Below, piece after piece: positions 23,901 through 39,250 of a stretch of 64,000 nt of DNA. This stretch comes from Lingula anatina (taxonomy: Eukaryota; Animalia; Brachiopoda), in assembly GCA_051362555.1 (NCBI GenBank), contig CM120649.1, forward strand, positions 372,001-436,000, read 5' to 3'. The first letter of the stretch is position 1; each line of letters begins with the position of its first letter. The position numbers and the translations under genes were made by a program. The notes under the pieces are model-generated. The model was not told the origin of the DNA. It saw only the letters and a list, made by a program, of their open reading frames with translations, and searched no databases.

Positions 23901-26900
23901 GAGGAAGAACTTTTTCTCTGTGACTCAGAAGGGATGAGTAGTACATCATATGACAAAGGCTATGTTATCTTTGCCTGACAAGTAAACCATTTCACATCAT
24001 TAACTATAGGATTGCTTCAAATTGTCCCAATGAATTTATATTTAGCTACTGAACTTATTGTCTGTCTGTTTTCATAATTATAATTTGTTTTTTGTCAACG
24101 TGAAGAATTTGTAGCCTTGCAGCCCTTTTTGGTTTGGCCGAGTTTAAACAGAGTTTGAACCTCATTGTAACATGCTTTAATTAGATAAAATGTCCATAAC
24201 TAAGTTGGAACAAAGTTTGAACCACATTGCAACATGCTTATATTGGATATAATGCTCTTATTACTTCTCATAATCAAATTGCATAGGATTCAGCTTCAGA
24301 TAGAGAGATTCCAAATGAAATTACATGGTGTTCACTGAACAGACATTTTAATTATTGATAAGAAGTTCATATGAAGAGTTTAATTGATGCCTGACTGCAG
24401 TGATCTATGTGTTGTGTGTGTTTTATCAACATGACAACATAGTAATACTGCCATGGTCACATAAATCATGACATCTAGCATGTTTGATAGAATGAAGGCT
24501 TACACTTGTCTAAAGGAAAAATTGCGCACATATTGGTATACGCCAACCATATAACATCAAAAGGTCTGGAAGCATGGCCGTTTTTGATTCTGGATTTTAA
24601 AATGCTTGATTGCTCTTACATAAAAAATGATGAAAAAAAGGGGAATATGATACAAAACAATGGAATTTCTTGTAATAAGACTCACCTTCATAACTTAATT
24701 GTTTTTAGTGAGAATTTTGTTGTTTGACAAATTATAACTTAGTCACAGTTTTTTGTCACTTTAATGTACAGTCCTGTTATTGTTAATGGTACTTTTGTGA
24801 CAGAATGTAATATATATGTTGTCAGATGATTGATGATGTAAGCATCAATAACAAGTTGCAATAAAGATATTTGTTTTTTGTCCTTTTTCTATGTCATCCT
24901 TACTACTATCTATATTTCCAAGTCCTGTACTTATTTGAGCAAGTTGATCTGTTTGACTTATTTATTCATTTATTTTATTTATTTATTTTTTTGTTACTGT
25001 AAAGATAAGAGTTTATTTAGCTATTATAAAAATCAGAAATCATTTTCCTGTTAGTTTATATAATAAATATTTTTCTCATTAGCTGGAGGCAAAAGTCTTT
25101 CTCTTGGTTTCATTAACTTGTAACACAGAACTAATTTTAACAATTATCTGTGAATTGGCTCAAGGTACATTTCACTGTTTCTGTGGTTGATGGCAGTGGA
25201 TAGCTGGTTTGTGCATAGATGATTGATAAATATTCATAATTAATGCATAATTCACAACCTGCTGGATGTCAACAAGGTGTTTGGTGTCTACAAGGAAAAC
25301 TAGAACAACCTTTGTGTGGGTGCTTGACTGGCAAAGTATGTGTTTTCTTGTTCATCTTCTGACTACACTGCCAGACACCTACAAGTGGCATAAGGTATGA
25401 GAACCAGTGGCCTTTGTACACTGATGGTTTTGAAATACTGATTTTTAAATAAATAGAAATTTGAAAGGTATTTTTAGAATACATACTAAGACGTCAGAAG
25501 AATTTTTTATGAATAAGTGGGATTCCCTGATTCAACTTCATATTTACAAGATGTAAGTTTTATGGCATTTAAAAAATGAAACATAATACCAGTGGATTCT
25601 GTGATGTCTCATCATCTTGTGAGGAAATTATATTTTTTGATCATGTTTTTTAAACCCCAAATAGGAAGTTTGAGATGGTATGTTAACAGGGTTGTTCACA
25701 TTTGTAAGAATGGCTGATGTAGAGGGATAAATTGGTTACTTCACCAGCTTTACAAGGCTTGCTTGGCATCACTCCTGATTGCAACACGTCTTGTGAGAAT
25801 AGAAAGGTCAGCTTCACAAAAGAATGTTAGACTGAAATTTGGTCTAAATTTTTTGTCTCTATTACATCAGGCTATTGTGCATTTACACTGAATTAAAATG
25901 GGCCAAAATGTGGTCTGAAAGTTCCACACTAAAGGTTAAGACAAACTTTTGGGCTTGATATTTTTGTGAAATATGTCCTCTTGAGATTCCAACCTTAAAA
26001 CCCCAGCACTCACACCAGTAAGATTAGTGAGGCCATGTTCTAAGTTGTTAAGGTGAATAGTTCGTAATATTTAGGGAGGTAATTACTAAAAACACCTGCA
26101 AGAAATAAAATCTATGTATTACAGTGCAGAGTTTATTATGGTGAACCTTTCCCTAATGAGTGCTACTGCTGTGATATTTATACTCAACCATAAAATTGCT
26201 CCTTCTGTCGACTGAACCTTAACTAAAGCAAAATGCAATACTCTGTTAAGTTGATTTAGATGTTTAGAACCCTGGATATTAAATAAGAATTCCTTAGACA
26301 CCTCTTCTTACATAGTGTGTTATTGTGTAAATGAAGAATCCATTTGTTAAGAGAAAAGTGTGATCAACATCATTTTGTGCCAGTAACTTGCCTGACTACC
26401 TTGTTTTCTTATACAGTAACTAAAGTATAAACTAAGTATAAACTAAGTAAGTTTAATCACATTGCACATAGCACTTGGAACCAAATAGTTTTTACCTGCC
26501 TGTATTCAAAGTACATCATGGGTTTGTAATCCCCTAAATGCTTATTTTTACCATCCACAGCTTCTTATAAAACTTTAGAGAGAATTTTACCCCTAAAATA
26601 TTTTTCTGGGTTGCACCTGATGTTGCTTTTTCCATCAGAATTTAGGAAGATGGTCGCTGGATATAATGACTGGCCAGTTATTTAAAACTATATCAGTCTT
26701 TATAAATTTAATTAAAGGTTGAATCCAAGTGCAGCTAGGGGTAGGTAAATGATTCCTGAGTGTAAGAATATTGTTCATCTCCCCAGGTAAATTCATTTTG
26801 GCAGGTCAATCCCATGGAGTTGCCCTTTAAGACTACATGAAACTAGTGCCTCTACCCACTGTGGTATTTCTATTTCTACTATTAATAAAATCCACTCTGT

Positions 26901-29282
26901 CTTTTTGTGCCCATAGATACATCAAGTTATTGGAAACACTTCTGATTTATTATATTTCCTTTGTCATGTGACAACATGAAGGTTTAGATACCCTCTGGAA
27001 GATTTTCAAGAAATCCATGTGGACGTTAAATTTGGTGTTTGATCATTTCTCATCTGTTACTTTTCGATAAGTAAAAATTGTAAATAAATGAATTTATAAC
27101 ATATAAAAAATGTCTAGACATATATTCAATAGTGCATCTGCTGCACAGGTGGTGGTTAGAACTTGGTAAGGTAAATCAATTAATTATGTCAAGGTTTTAG
27201 CTTCCTCTTGTGAATTTCTAGACTTCTGAGACCACTGCTGCTTTATCTGTCGTACTGTGCAATGTAAGTTAGATGGCCAATATATAGCAATTGGTTTATA
27301 ACAGTTTTAGCTATTTGGATCTGGGATATCTTACCTGTTATTTTGAGTGAAGTTTGAAAAAGTTTGGTCCCTGAGCTACCGCTCACAAAGTGGCGCTAAT
27401 CATCCAATTCAACAAATTTAGACCACTTCAGGTGTTGTTTAGTCCTTTTTTTTCTGATTCAGCTTACAGAATTGACAAATCAGTCTGTTAAGTCTTTGAA
27501 AAAAGCACTCCTAGGATACTAAATGATGCTGCCAAAGGCTAGTTTTTTTGTCCACTCATGGTACCCATTGGCCAATCATGGTACCTGTTGGCCAAACTGG
27601 TGGGTCCACCATAGTGAATTGTGGTAGGTCCTCGAATAATAAATTCCACTAAACATTCAAATGTCCCATAAATATTGTGAGAATCACTACTTTAGGATTA
27701 AGAAAATAACAGCTGCAAATATCCTTTGGTTTTCTTATTAATATAAATCAGTGGTTCCTTACTGGTGAAGAATGGAAATCCGTGCTGAGTTTCTAAGTGA
27801 TCAGCTTTCCAGGCAGTTCTTGCTAGGTTTGCCTGCTTCACAGCAAACGCTGGGCACTAAGAATACGAAAATTACCACTGATTGATACAAAAACCACATT
27901 ACCACGCACCTGTCTATAGACACTCTCCTTACTGTGATTGGTCGATAAGAGAAACCACTTTACTAATGTGCAGCATGTCCAAGTACAACTGGAAGGTAAT
28001 AGACACCTTTTCATTGATCTGCTGAACGTTAACCGCCTGCTAGGGTTGTTGGTGGGCTGTACTGACAGTTAAGACCAGGTCCTGGCTGCCTTGTGTTGTA
28101 CTGCTATGTGAACACAGTACTGCCACCTGTACTCTAAGCTCTGCTAGCAACACTGGCTGGTATATGAAGATGAGGTGCTCTCAGTGAAGTCAAATATAGT
28201 ACCAATCATGGACTCGATTTACCATTTGATTACACATAAAAATAATCTCTCAATAACCTTCAGTTGACTTCCCTGACTTCACAACAACAAGGACAAGTTA
28301 TCTGCCTATTGTATTATATAAGTTTCCTCCTATAATTTTCATGAGTTCTTGGTATATATATATATATATATGACACTGTTGCTAGCCCAAGTCACCGTTC
28401 TTTCAGTGTTCAATGTTTAAATTCAAAGCCTTTGCTCCTTTCATGTGAGCCTACTAACAGTATGCATGATTGATGTCATTACAGGTAATTTTCCACAAAA
28501 TCTCAGGTAGTTATGAATCAATGATTACAGTCATCTTGAAACATGCAATCATTGGTAATTTTCTTGTAATCTTATATATGCGAACAACCCTGTTTAAATA
28601 TCTTAATCTTCATTTCATAGTGTCTTTAAGACTGACCATGAATAACCATAACATATGTACAATACAAGATACCAAATTGTTTAGACGAAGTATTTCTCTC
28701 GACTGGAAACTTTCCTCTCATGTTCTCCGACTTTCATTCTGTGTTCATATAGAATTGATATGGCAGCATAGTTTGTATATATATATTGCTAAAGGGAAGA
28801 GCAGTTCTCATTGAATTAATTTTTAATTGTTTTTGTGTTTTAGCAGATGAAAGAGCATATGGTAGTAATAGACATGCTAAGATGGTACATATCATGGCTT
28901 TCATGTGTCCCCCCCCCCCCCCCCCCCCCCAGCAGTGTTGGTGATATAAAATCATTGAGAAGTTATATTTACTGATGTGTTATATTGTACATGCAAAATA
29001 CTTTTTTCTAAAAGTTAGGATTAAAATATATATCTAAAACAATTGTCTTTTATGTTTAAAAGTATTGTTTTCCTGTTTTGCTAGTACTGTATCACAATAC
29101 TGAATATTTTATAGAGAGCAATTAGTTGGTGCTGTGAATTGTGACGTAAGTAGAACAAAGTACAGCACAGGATGGGTGTTCTTCAGAAAGTAACCTGTGA
29201 CTTATCATACAGTGTTATATACTCTGCATTGGAGACATTATCTGACACAGATCAGTTAATGAAAGTGATACCTTAAAGTGGC

Positions 29283-29561
29283 CATTCAGAATAGATGATC
29301 CGAGTACTAACTGATCCACAGACTAAATATGGCCGACCACACTTCAAAAGTGATGCTGCTGATTCCCAATGGTCTCCCTGCCTCTGCAAGTGCCATTACA
29401 CTGATTAAATCTCGGCTCCGAGGTTTAATTGCTAGGCCCCTGCAGCAATGGCACATTTGGAGGTGAGAGACCATCATGGAATTAGCAGTATCGCTTTTGA
29501 AATGTGGTCGGCCATATTTAGTTGGCAGATCAGTTAGTACTCCGATCATCTATTCTGAATG
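29283..29561. mobile_element. Long palindromic (foldback) MITE
   Basis: cattcagaatagatgatccgagtactaactgatc ... gatcagttagtactccgatcatctattctgaatg, with arms of about 115 bp. Termini and the aatatggccgacc block are related to 34498..34671. Confidence 0.85.
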
Positions 29562-32021
29562 ATAATTAGTACAAATTAAATATTAACATAATTCAAGTGT
29601 TTTTTTTTACACATTGTTTGAAGGTAGTTCAAAACATGATGGGCAGACTGCACAATAATTGAGTTAAGTAATAAAGAGAACTGAACATCCTCATTATCTT
29701 AGCAGTGTGTTGCCCTCGCCTTACCACACCTGTGAGGCAGTTGTAGATTTTAGCACCTTTTTTATCTGTGACCTCAGTAAGAACCCTGAACCACACGGCC
29801 AACTGAATGTACTCTTCATTGTAAAGTAAACTAGAAGTAGAGTGCCAGCTCAACACACATCTAATTGCTAGGAAAACAGAAAAAAATAGCATTTCTCAGT
29901 TTTTATACTTGAGATTTAATTGGTGCAATGCTTCACCCTAGCCAGAAAGAAAAAAGAAATTGAATGAATGTTGGTATAAGTGTGTGAAAATGTGGTCTGT
30001 ATGTTATCTATGAATGCGGAAAGTGTTTCAGGTCTTTTTAATACCTCTCATATATGCAGTAAGTTTGTTGTTGGTATTGTGGATTATTTTTTACAAAGCT
30101 CAAAATAGAGTTATTAAGGTTAATTTGTTCTTCTGAAAAATATTCAGAACAAACCCCAGATTGTATACATTATAATATTATGAAAATGCCTACAAATACT
30201 TCAACTTGCTATAGGCAGAGTAAAATATCACCTGTTGAAAACATCTTAGATTGGGTCAAAATTCAAAGAAATGCACTGGACCAAGGAATTTTTGGGAATC
30301 AAACATTGAATTTATGTACTAAATAGTAAGATCACAAACCAAAACTCTTTGAGGTCATTCATCCTCCAAGGCCAATCTATCAGCGATGACCTATCTTGAT
30401 AACAACACGTTCAGGTGCAACAACTTTTTTACGTCCCACATTTCTAAGAGCCCCTCAGAATTTAATTAGTTCCAGGAAGAAACATCTTTGGTCTCGAGTT
30501 TGCCTTACTGGGGCAACTCTGGGAAACAGCTGTCCTTTTGTTCATGTGATATGAGAACTCTGCTATCTCACGATGTGAGAAGAGTCCGCTTTGTTTGCAG
30601 AGGAAATTGGTTAGTTAAAAGATGAGCAGGCGATCTGTCTGCTTTGGAGAAGGCTACAGGTGGCCCAAGATATTTGGATCTTATTTTTTAACGCACTTAG
30701 TTTTTTGGCCTACAGCACTGCCTAATTTCTTTTAATTATGTCCAGGTTTTCTTATCTTTTGGTATTTGAGGGGAAAAAATGACCTTCTAGTTTCCTCCTA
30801 TTTTTCTAGTGAAGAGCTGGGTAGGTTATCAGTGCGGAGACAGGTGAGCCAGTAGCTCGGGGGTCTATTTTTCTGCAGTAGTAAGCTTGCTGAAACAACT
30901 TGGTGTTTTAAATCAGGTTTGAAGTTGTTGGTTATATCTGGTATTTTCTTTTCAGATTGCTGTTATATGTTTTTCTCTCTGGTTTCCCCTTGAATGTGAT
31001 TGCTAGTAAACTTACTCCTGATAAAATATTCACTGGCTTGTGTGTCTTTAAGATACCTGTCCAACCTCAAAACCAAGCTATGGATATTACTGATAATAAA
31101 TGTAAAAAACGAGAGTATATTTTTGAAAGAAAAAATTAAATATTTTTGGGAAAAAATTAGTAAAAGGCAATTTCATTTAAAATTTATATTTAGATTGTGA
31201 AAATGCATAATTCCTGTATTGAATCATAAAATAATTAGATTGTATACAACTGGATTGATCTAAAGTTTTTTGTTCTTGGCATGTAGCTTAGTAGCTGATG
31301 AGTTTTCTCCTTTGGTGCACCTTAAAAGAAAAAAAAATAATTGAAGAACTTTCTCCTTTCATTCACAATTATTGCCAAGGTACGTGGAAAACTTAGAGTC
31401 TCAGGCTTCCTTTTATCTGTTGATCGAATAGATAGCCCCGATGGCTGACTGCCTCTTGTGTCATCATGCTGTAATAAGTGGCAAACAGAACATTGTGAAC
31501 AGTGGACTGCCAGAAATAGCTTCCTGGTAAAGTCTTGTGTTTTATCCTGAGTATTTTCAAAGTGAACATTTGGTATTTGTTAGTGTGGCAGGTTTGCCAA
31601 CACTACTTGTTGTGAAATATTACCATTCATTTTTTTCTGTTACTCTATGGGTTTGTCTATCCCATTGATTTCAAGAGTACCTTCCATTGGCTACAACACG
31701 TCCGTGAAGAATAAACCTGAGCATTTCCAGAACTGATTGTCTTCAGTGCAGTCCATATTACAGTGGCATGCATTTGCTTAAAATTATATCGTTGTCAGTA
31801 CTCTTTCATTTTTTATCCATTTCAGGTAGAACTAATAGAATGTGTAAGTGTTAATCAAGATCGGATGAGTATGTTAAATACATTTGCTTATATTTCACAT
31901 TGAAAACAGTGCAGTATAGTGCTGTCTAAAAGCTTGATGTGATGGGGTGATTATGTTTTGAGGTTCAGGCAGTGCATATTGTAATTCAGCCAAAATTGCT
32001 GGAACTCGACTCCTTTACTAT

Positions 32022-32278
32022 GACCCCATTCCCATACCTAGAGCAATCTAACAGGATTGATCCATCTCCTAGGGGTTTCACCCAAAATCACTTTCAACTT
32101 AAGCCACTTTGATGTTTGGCGTGCCTACTGCAGCTGCTTAACGATAATTAATTGCCCCCTAGCAGCTTCAGTGGGCGTGACAAATATCTAAGCCACTTAA
32201 GTTGATTGCAATTTAGCAAGAATCCCCTCAGAGATAGATCAATTCACAGTTAGTATGATAGGATCTAGGAATGGTTCC
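32022..32278 (+). mobile_element. About 255-bp PIF/Harbinger-like MITE, family B copy 1
   Basis: TAT|gaccccattcccatacc ... ggaatggttcc|TAT. Colinear with 38996..39250 and 54593..54811. Shares termini and the central taattaatt(a/g)ccccc with family A. Confidence 0.85.
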
Positions 32279-33780
32279 TATGAGAGGACTGGGAACTGAA
32301 CTGGAGTTAATCTATAGATAACCGATAGATTTTTTTGTACCATACAATTTTGACATATAGTTATGTAATCTTGAAGGTTAACTGTAAAAAATAAATGTAG
32401 GGGTCTGTCTCTCTTTTTTTTTGTGCTTGAAATTAGTTCCAATTTCAGTAATGGGATAATTTCATTTTGCAAATTAGGTTTCCTTCTGTTTTTTAATGAG
32501 CTGAGGTTCCTTAAATAACCTAATGGTGAAAAAGAAGTATATCATTGATGGTTTTCTCTAATCAGAAAAATAGCAATTCTTAGCTTTTCTGGGAATTGTT
32601 TTACTCTTGGGAAACCTTTTTGGAATATTTGTTTGTGGGAAAGGTGTTAGCCATACAGAAAGAAGGAATTTAAGTGAGAGAGATGTGGGCAGCATACTTC
32701 TTGTTCTGGCTGCAAAGCAAAAAGGAATGTCTAGAAATTTGTGAAAACATTTTCGCAAAATGCTTTAAATTTGAAAAACTTAGAGCTACCAACTAATCTA
32801 ATAGGGAGCCAAAAGTGAATGGAATAAAGATTACCAAGTGCTCTGTTATAAAAAATTAAGACAACAAGGTGCTTGGAAAACAAAAGGAAATGGTAATTAC
32901 TCAGTCTTTTCAATGGGCATAAATTATCAAATTTTCAGATACATAATTTTAGGATCACAAAAATTATATTTCTTTATTGCACAAGTGGTTCTTTTACTGT
33001 ATAAAATAGAACTATAGAGTAGCCTGCCTATATTTTTGTTGATACCACTCAATAGAAGTGTTGTAATTTTAAGAAATCATGACTTAAAAATACAGTTGCT
33101 GTATCTGTAAAATTCATATTCCCCCATTGAAAAGATTGAGTAATTAACATATTATCAAAACAATTGCAAAGAAAACGATATTAATAAGAAATTAGAAATT
33201 GCCTCAATAAAATAACCTTCTTTAGGGAGGGATCAAATATTTTTTACAAAAGTTATAGAAAACCATGAAGGTTGGCGCCATGGCAAAGTCCCTGACAATA
33301 TATGTAAAGCAATACTTAAAAAAAAGGCCGCGAGTAAACACGGGAGTTTCTCTTATTTCCCTGGGAACATGATTGATAGCAGAAAGACATGATACACGTC
33401 ATATGACTACTGGGAAGGGATACTTAGGTAGGAGAACCATTGTAGCATGCTTAGTTGATTTCAATTGGCTTGTTAGAAATGAAGAGATGATTAGAAATTG
33501 ATGAATGAATATGAACTCTATTGAACCCAGGGTGGAAGCAGTTTGTGGAGAGGCAAGGGGAGGGAGGGAGGGGGGGGGGTAAATTCAACAGAAAGAAATA
33601 CTACTTATTTCTTTTGCATTCAGACCAACTACACACTTATTAATTTATTTGTATAGTTTTGATATTATAAACGCAGTCACTTAATGTATGATGCTTTGAT
33701 GGCTTTTGTGTGGGAACTGGAACAATTTTTTAACCAGTCAACATCAGTACCCTGTTATCAATATGGCTTATTGTACTCTT

Positions 33781-33783
33781 ATT

Positions 33784-33830
<47 letters not shown>
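33781..33830. repeat. (ATTT)n microsatellite
   Basis: Direct reading. Confidence 0.93.
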
Positions 33831-34497
33831 TGGGATAAAAAGTGTAGCAGGCTGAAAATATGTTGCTATGGGTGGAAGCACTGATGTATACCTTTGTACC
33901 ATCTGCACTTGACTCACATTTATATCAAGACCAAGTAATCCAAAAGATTTATCAGTTGCTATTGACAGGGGTGTTCTTTTACAGTTTAAAATCTATTTGA
34001 GAAATATGTATTGATTTCTGAGGCCGTGTCTTAACTGCAGGCTCTCTTTGAATGGCAGTTAGTTGCTTCTCAGAAAATGGCCAGTGCACACTAAGTGCTG
34101 TGAGCTGAGCTAATAGACTGATGAGAATCAAACTAACAGCTTCTTGGTTAAGCCTACAGGAGATCAAGTCCAACTTGTTTTTTTTTCTTTGGAAAACAAA
34201 AGACAAGAAAGTCACCATAGACAAAGAGAACTTGCTGAGCTTTTAACAGTTAAATCCGGTTAGCTCAGCTCATGTCCCAGAGTGTTTGTTGACCTTAATA
34301 AGTCCTACTATAATCACTGCCCTGTAGTTTCTAAACAACTGCTTAAGAAAGCAGTAATCGAGGCCATGGAATAGATTGTAATGAGACATTTAAGGCCAAG
34401 CTTTGTGTCCCCAGGGAATGTGAGTACTTGAGAGCCATTATTTCACAATGATTGGATTCTCAGAGAAAGCTAGAGCTGATTCTGGTTTAATTTCTAA

Positions 34498-34671
34498 GGC
34501 CCCATTCAGAACAGTGGACTAACTAGTCCAAGGGTCAAATATGGCCGACCCACTTGAATACTTCCCCACAGGATATCTTTTCAGTGTCTATTAGCGGATT
34601 ACATGGCAAGCTTTGTAGGAGGTCACCATATTGACCCTCGAACTAGTTAGTCCCCTATTCTGAATGGGGTC
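34498..34671. mobile_element. PIF/Harbinger-like MITE (TAA TSD)
   Basis: TAA|ggccccattcagaacagtggactaactagt ... actagttagtcccctattctgaatggggtc|TAA. Confidence 0.85.
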
Positions 34672-36438
34672 TAAGAGCAGTTTTGTATCCAGAAGGCAGT
34701 AGGATACACATTTGAATAAGTGGTTTGCAGTATCAAGTGGGTTTCTGGCATTTTCTCTTGTTTAGGTTTTTATAAAAAAGGTGAAAGATGCAAGTTCAAA
34801 TAAGGCAATCCTTCGACTAATTAGATTTTGGGCTATATATTACCATATAGTGTTTGTAAAGAAATGGTCACTTTCTGTGAGTTCTAATCAATACTTTTTG
34901 AAAAAAAGATTAGGACTTTCAGTACTTCTTTAAAGGTTATAAAAAATGTGCTGCTTTCAGAGTTTCTTGGTGTTAAATGGGTTCCTAACGGTATACCTTT
35001 TGTAAATGGGAGTTTTTACTTTGCACATTTGCATGAAATTTCATTTGAAACATAATTTAATTTTTTTGAATTGATAAAAATTCATGATGCACTTTCTTTC
35101 TCAGAGTGTAAGGCAGGCAATGCATGTGTGTTCTTTCGGCAGTGAGGTGATTACTGTGTTGTTGAATAGGGGCTTGGAGTGCTTTCAAAGAATGTGACCC
35201 TTAAAAATTCTGTTGAAATAAAGGTTTGAATTTGATACTGTTTATTTGATCAAGCTTGGCAATATAAAGAACATTTTTTTCTTTTTTGTTTGCCACCGTG
35301 TGTAGCCAAGAATAACTGTAGGTGTTTGTCTAGAAAAACTTTTTTTCTTTAAATTGTCCCGATATTTATGTTATACATCAAAAATAAGTTTTCTGTTTTC
35401 TGGAAGTCAACTGGGTCAGCTTTCAAAGTTCTTCTGTTCAGATCTTCTTATAGCATGATGGTGATATTACAAATAGAAGACGTTTTTCAATGGCTTGATA
35501 CTTGGAAACGAGCACTGGTCTGTGTAACAAATATGATATGAAGATCCCTGAGAGGATCCCCCAGGTATATCTTCACCTTGTAATTGTCCTCAGAACACAT
35601 AACCTTTGTCTAACATGACATTCTGAAGGCTGTAATCTGACTATGACAAGGGAAATATATGGATATCAGAAATATGTTCTGGCATCATCTTCACTCAATA
35701 AAGCAGCCCACACATGAGAGAACTGGTGTGAAGCCATAGGGACAAGCTACGTAATTTGTCAATAAATCCTTCATAGTCTTGTTATTAATTTACACCAGGA
35801 ATGTGCTGAAGAGTCATAAAAGCTGAAAATGAGGTCTTCACACCCTTTCTGGCCCAATTCTAGAATGTTCCAGCTATATGGCAATTACCTACCAATTTCG
35901 ACATCATTTTTTTCTAACGTTTAATTAATTTAAGGATATTTCCTCTTCACACTAAGCATAAAATGGTAATGAATCCAGCTGATTTCCCAAAAGTGTTTAT
36001 AATTAAGTATTTAAGAAATCTAAACAAAAGGTCAGTTTGTATAATTGAAAGGTTTGCTCAAATCTATTTTAAAAAATTGTAGACATTTATTAGAGATGGA
36101 ATAAAGTTTGATGTTGATATAATGTTCTGAACTTTCTGTTCTGAAATTCATAAATAATAAAAATTCAACTTGAGTTTACTGATAGCAATCATGTCCACAA
36201 TGGTTCCTGGAGTAGATTTCCTGGGCGCCAAATCAGAAACTGTAGGTTAGGAAAGTTAAGTGAAGCAGGTTATGATTGTTCATTAAACAGAAAAGTAGAG
36301 ATCCTCTCAGACCATCCTGACATCAAAGGCTGTATGTCCCTGAGGCAACATCATTAAACCACCATGTAATGGGGAATACATTCAGTCAGTGAAATGGCTA
36401 TTGATGGACGGAAAAAAGTTCAGATGTGCACATTGGCC

Positions 36439-36606
36439 CAGTATTCAGACATGAGCTTTTTCCATGAAAACGTGGATTTCCACGCTTTTAAATTCAATTC
36501 TAAGGCAGCCCCCAGACCCCCAGCCAGTTAGGTGTTGGGTCCCATGATAAAATGTACATTATTTTATTTATTTTTTTTTTTAACCTAGGCTCATGACTGA
36601 ATATTG
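36439..36606. mobile_element. MITE with CAG...TG termini
   Basis: cagtattcagacatgagc ... gctcatgactgaatattg inverted ends. A second copy lies at about 1.4 kb. No clear TSD. Confidence 0.65.
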
Positions 36607-37641
36607 GCTTCTCCCTTTATTCCTGTACTCTGCCAAGTCTGGGAGATGCTGTTTTATGGACTATGCATTTGATTGAGATAGTAATGTATTGGTGAAGTAC
36701 AGAAAGCCCCATCCCAACATCCAATAGATTGACCTCAATATCTACTCCTTGTCAAATAATGCACATCTATCTATTTCCAAGAATCTTGTTGACCTTGCCA
36801 AGACATCTGTTACTGGTAAGAATTCCCCTACTCTTCTCATTCATTAAGGCCCTGTGCTGTATTGAAATTGATGAGGGTTATCATCATTGCTCATTTTCTT
36901 AATAAGTGAATGGCTTAGATAGAACAATAATTCCACTGTCCTTAAAATGTGTTAATGATAACCTGCTTTGATTAAGGACATGGGTTGTTCTATTGACTTG
37001 TCTTTGTATTGCTGTGATTTGTGATAAATCTTAGGAAAAAACTGGTGAAGGACAGATTAACCTCTAAATGAGTGGCAGGGAGTGTGTACCCCTGTAATTT
37101 ATATCTAATCCGTACCATAATAAACATAGTGAAATGTTGTAGGACAACATCTGGCTAGCAGGCTTTTATCTTCTAATTAGAGCTCAGCCTTGTGCAATTA
37201 ATTTCCTGATTGTCTCTAAATTCGCTTTGCTTTTCCTGCCATTCTCTCACAGAAACAGAAGACCACCTCTATTCAGTCATGTAATTGGTCTATTAATGTT
37301 GTAATTGATTACGTCAGTCTGTTGTCATCCATTAATTACCTGAGTGTTGCCGTAGGTGGAAGACGTGATGACCAGACAATAACACTGTGATGTCTGATAC
37401 CCACGAGACTGGTGTCTGATATCTACATCAGCAGCAACATGGATATGGTGGAGTTAATTGGAACTTAGCTTTAGACACGGCAGGAGAAGTTATTTTCTTG
37501 GTTGTATTTCTTGTCAAGTTGGAACGAACTATCTCAGAGTTTAAGGTTGCCCTTTCAGTCAAGCTGGGCCCTCTAAGTTTTAGTTTTTAAGCATTAATTT
37601 TTTTTATGACGAGTTCAACCTAATTAGCCTAGTGCTAGTAT

Positions 37642-37645
<4 letters not shown>

Positions 37646-37710
<65 letters not shown>
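37646..37710. repeat. (CT)n microsatellite
   Basis: Direct reading. Confidence 0.97.
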
Positions 37711-37713
<3 letters not shown>

Positions 37714-38995
37714 GGAATGCAACATAACATCATGTGAGAATGTCAATTCTGTCTGAGACAGTCTAGTCCAATGTCACTGTGTTCCCAGTGTGAAGTGAGG
37801 TCAATTCAATGTTTTCTGATGGTGTTTGTCATCAGGCATTGAAGATCATCATCATTAGTTTTCCTTAACTTTAGATCAGTCCTGCACAGCTAATTGCCAC
37901 AGGTATTGATAGTTTTCAATATACAATCTCTCCAAAACGAGCAGGGAATTACACAGATGTGTCTTTTTCATTTGGGATATGTTAGTGAGAGAACAGACTA
38001 TTGGTTTAAAGTGTTGAATGTGATACACTTGGGGAGTTTCTTTTAAGTACAATACAAAACCTTGGTGAATTGAAAATAATGTGATATAATTTGGGAGTTT
38101 GTTTTTTTGTAGGACACAAACCACTGATGAATTGAAAATAATGTTTCTGACGTCAGAGGCAATAAAAGTGCAGTCTTTTGAACATATATTTTTCTGTCGG
38201 TTTGATTAGTAGAATTCACTTAATAATGTAGAACATAGATCTAAAGGAAAAAAAGAAATATTTTTCTCAGAAACGATATTACATCATTATGACTAAATCC
38301 AAATCCCTAAAGAAATCTCTTTAAATTCACCAATCTAATTCTGTAAAACAAATTCTACATATGAGTCATGCTTGAATGCCCCATGCTCTCTCATTTGTTC
38401 ATTTCAGAAAGTTAATAAGTTTAAAAAAATACTTGACCACAAAGGCCCTACTCTAAATTACCTTGTATTATTAGTGGAAGCTTACAGAATGTACCCATGT
38501 AGAAACCAAAGCTGCTTCATGTATGTCTCAGGTATTCCACAACATACCATAACTTTTTTACCTCTCTGTATCAGATATATCAAAACTGTTTATCTAAAAT
38601 GAAAATAAGAACTCCTCTTAAGGCATTAACAAATATGTGAAAAAAAGTTAGCATCATATCCCTAATGAACTTGGAGGAGAAAATACAGCAGAATACTAAC
38701 AGATAATTCTCTCTTACTGTTGAACACAGTGAGATATATTACAATGCACTGTATGACTTCACACACTGTAGTCTTCAGCATGCTACAAAGTATGCCATTT
38801 CACATTAAAGCAGAGATCTATCATCTTTTTATTGCCCTCTTGTACTACAAGGTTCTAGTGACCGATGGGCAGTAAATAGTGACCAAGGCATGCCAGTAAC
38901 CAAGTTAAGTCTGTTTGTAATGGCTTGACCATGTGGTTTGAACCCACTGCACCTAACCAAGTGATGTGCCCAATCCCTGTAAACAGCCCTTCTTA

Positions 38996-39250
38996 GACTG
39001 GGTTCCCATACCTGGATCAATCTAACAGAATCGATCCATCTCCAAGAAGTTTCTCGCTAAATTGCTTTCAGCTTAAGTGGCTTAGATGTCTGGCACGCCT
39101 ACTGAAGCTACTAAATGATAATTAATTACCCCATAGCAGCTTCATTAGGCATGACAGACATCTAAGTTGATTGCAATTTAGCGAGAAATCCCTTCTCATT
39201 TACAGATGGATCGATCCACAGTTAGTACGATAGGGTCTGGGAATGGTCCC
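38996..39250 (+). mobile_element. MITE family B copy 2 (TTA TSD)
   Basis: TTA|gactgggttcccatacc ... ctgggaatggtccc|TTA, colinear with the 32022 copy. Confidence 0.85.

Noticed and set aside
30560-30610. DVRR-encoding stretch as a possible preceding PSMD1 exon
   Set aside because: The surrounding residues (LSHDVRRVRFVCR) do not match the expected DDVRRAAV..LGF..FR and there is no matching donor.
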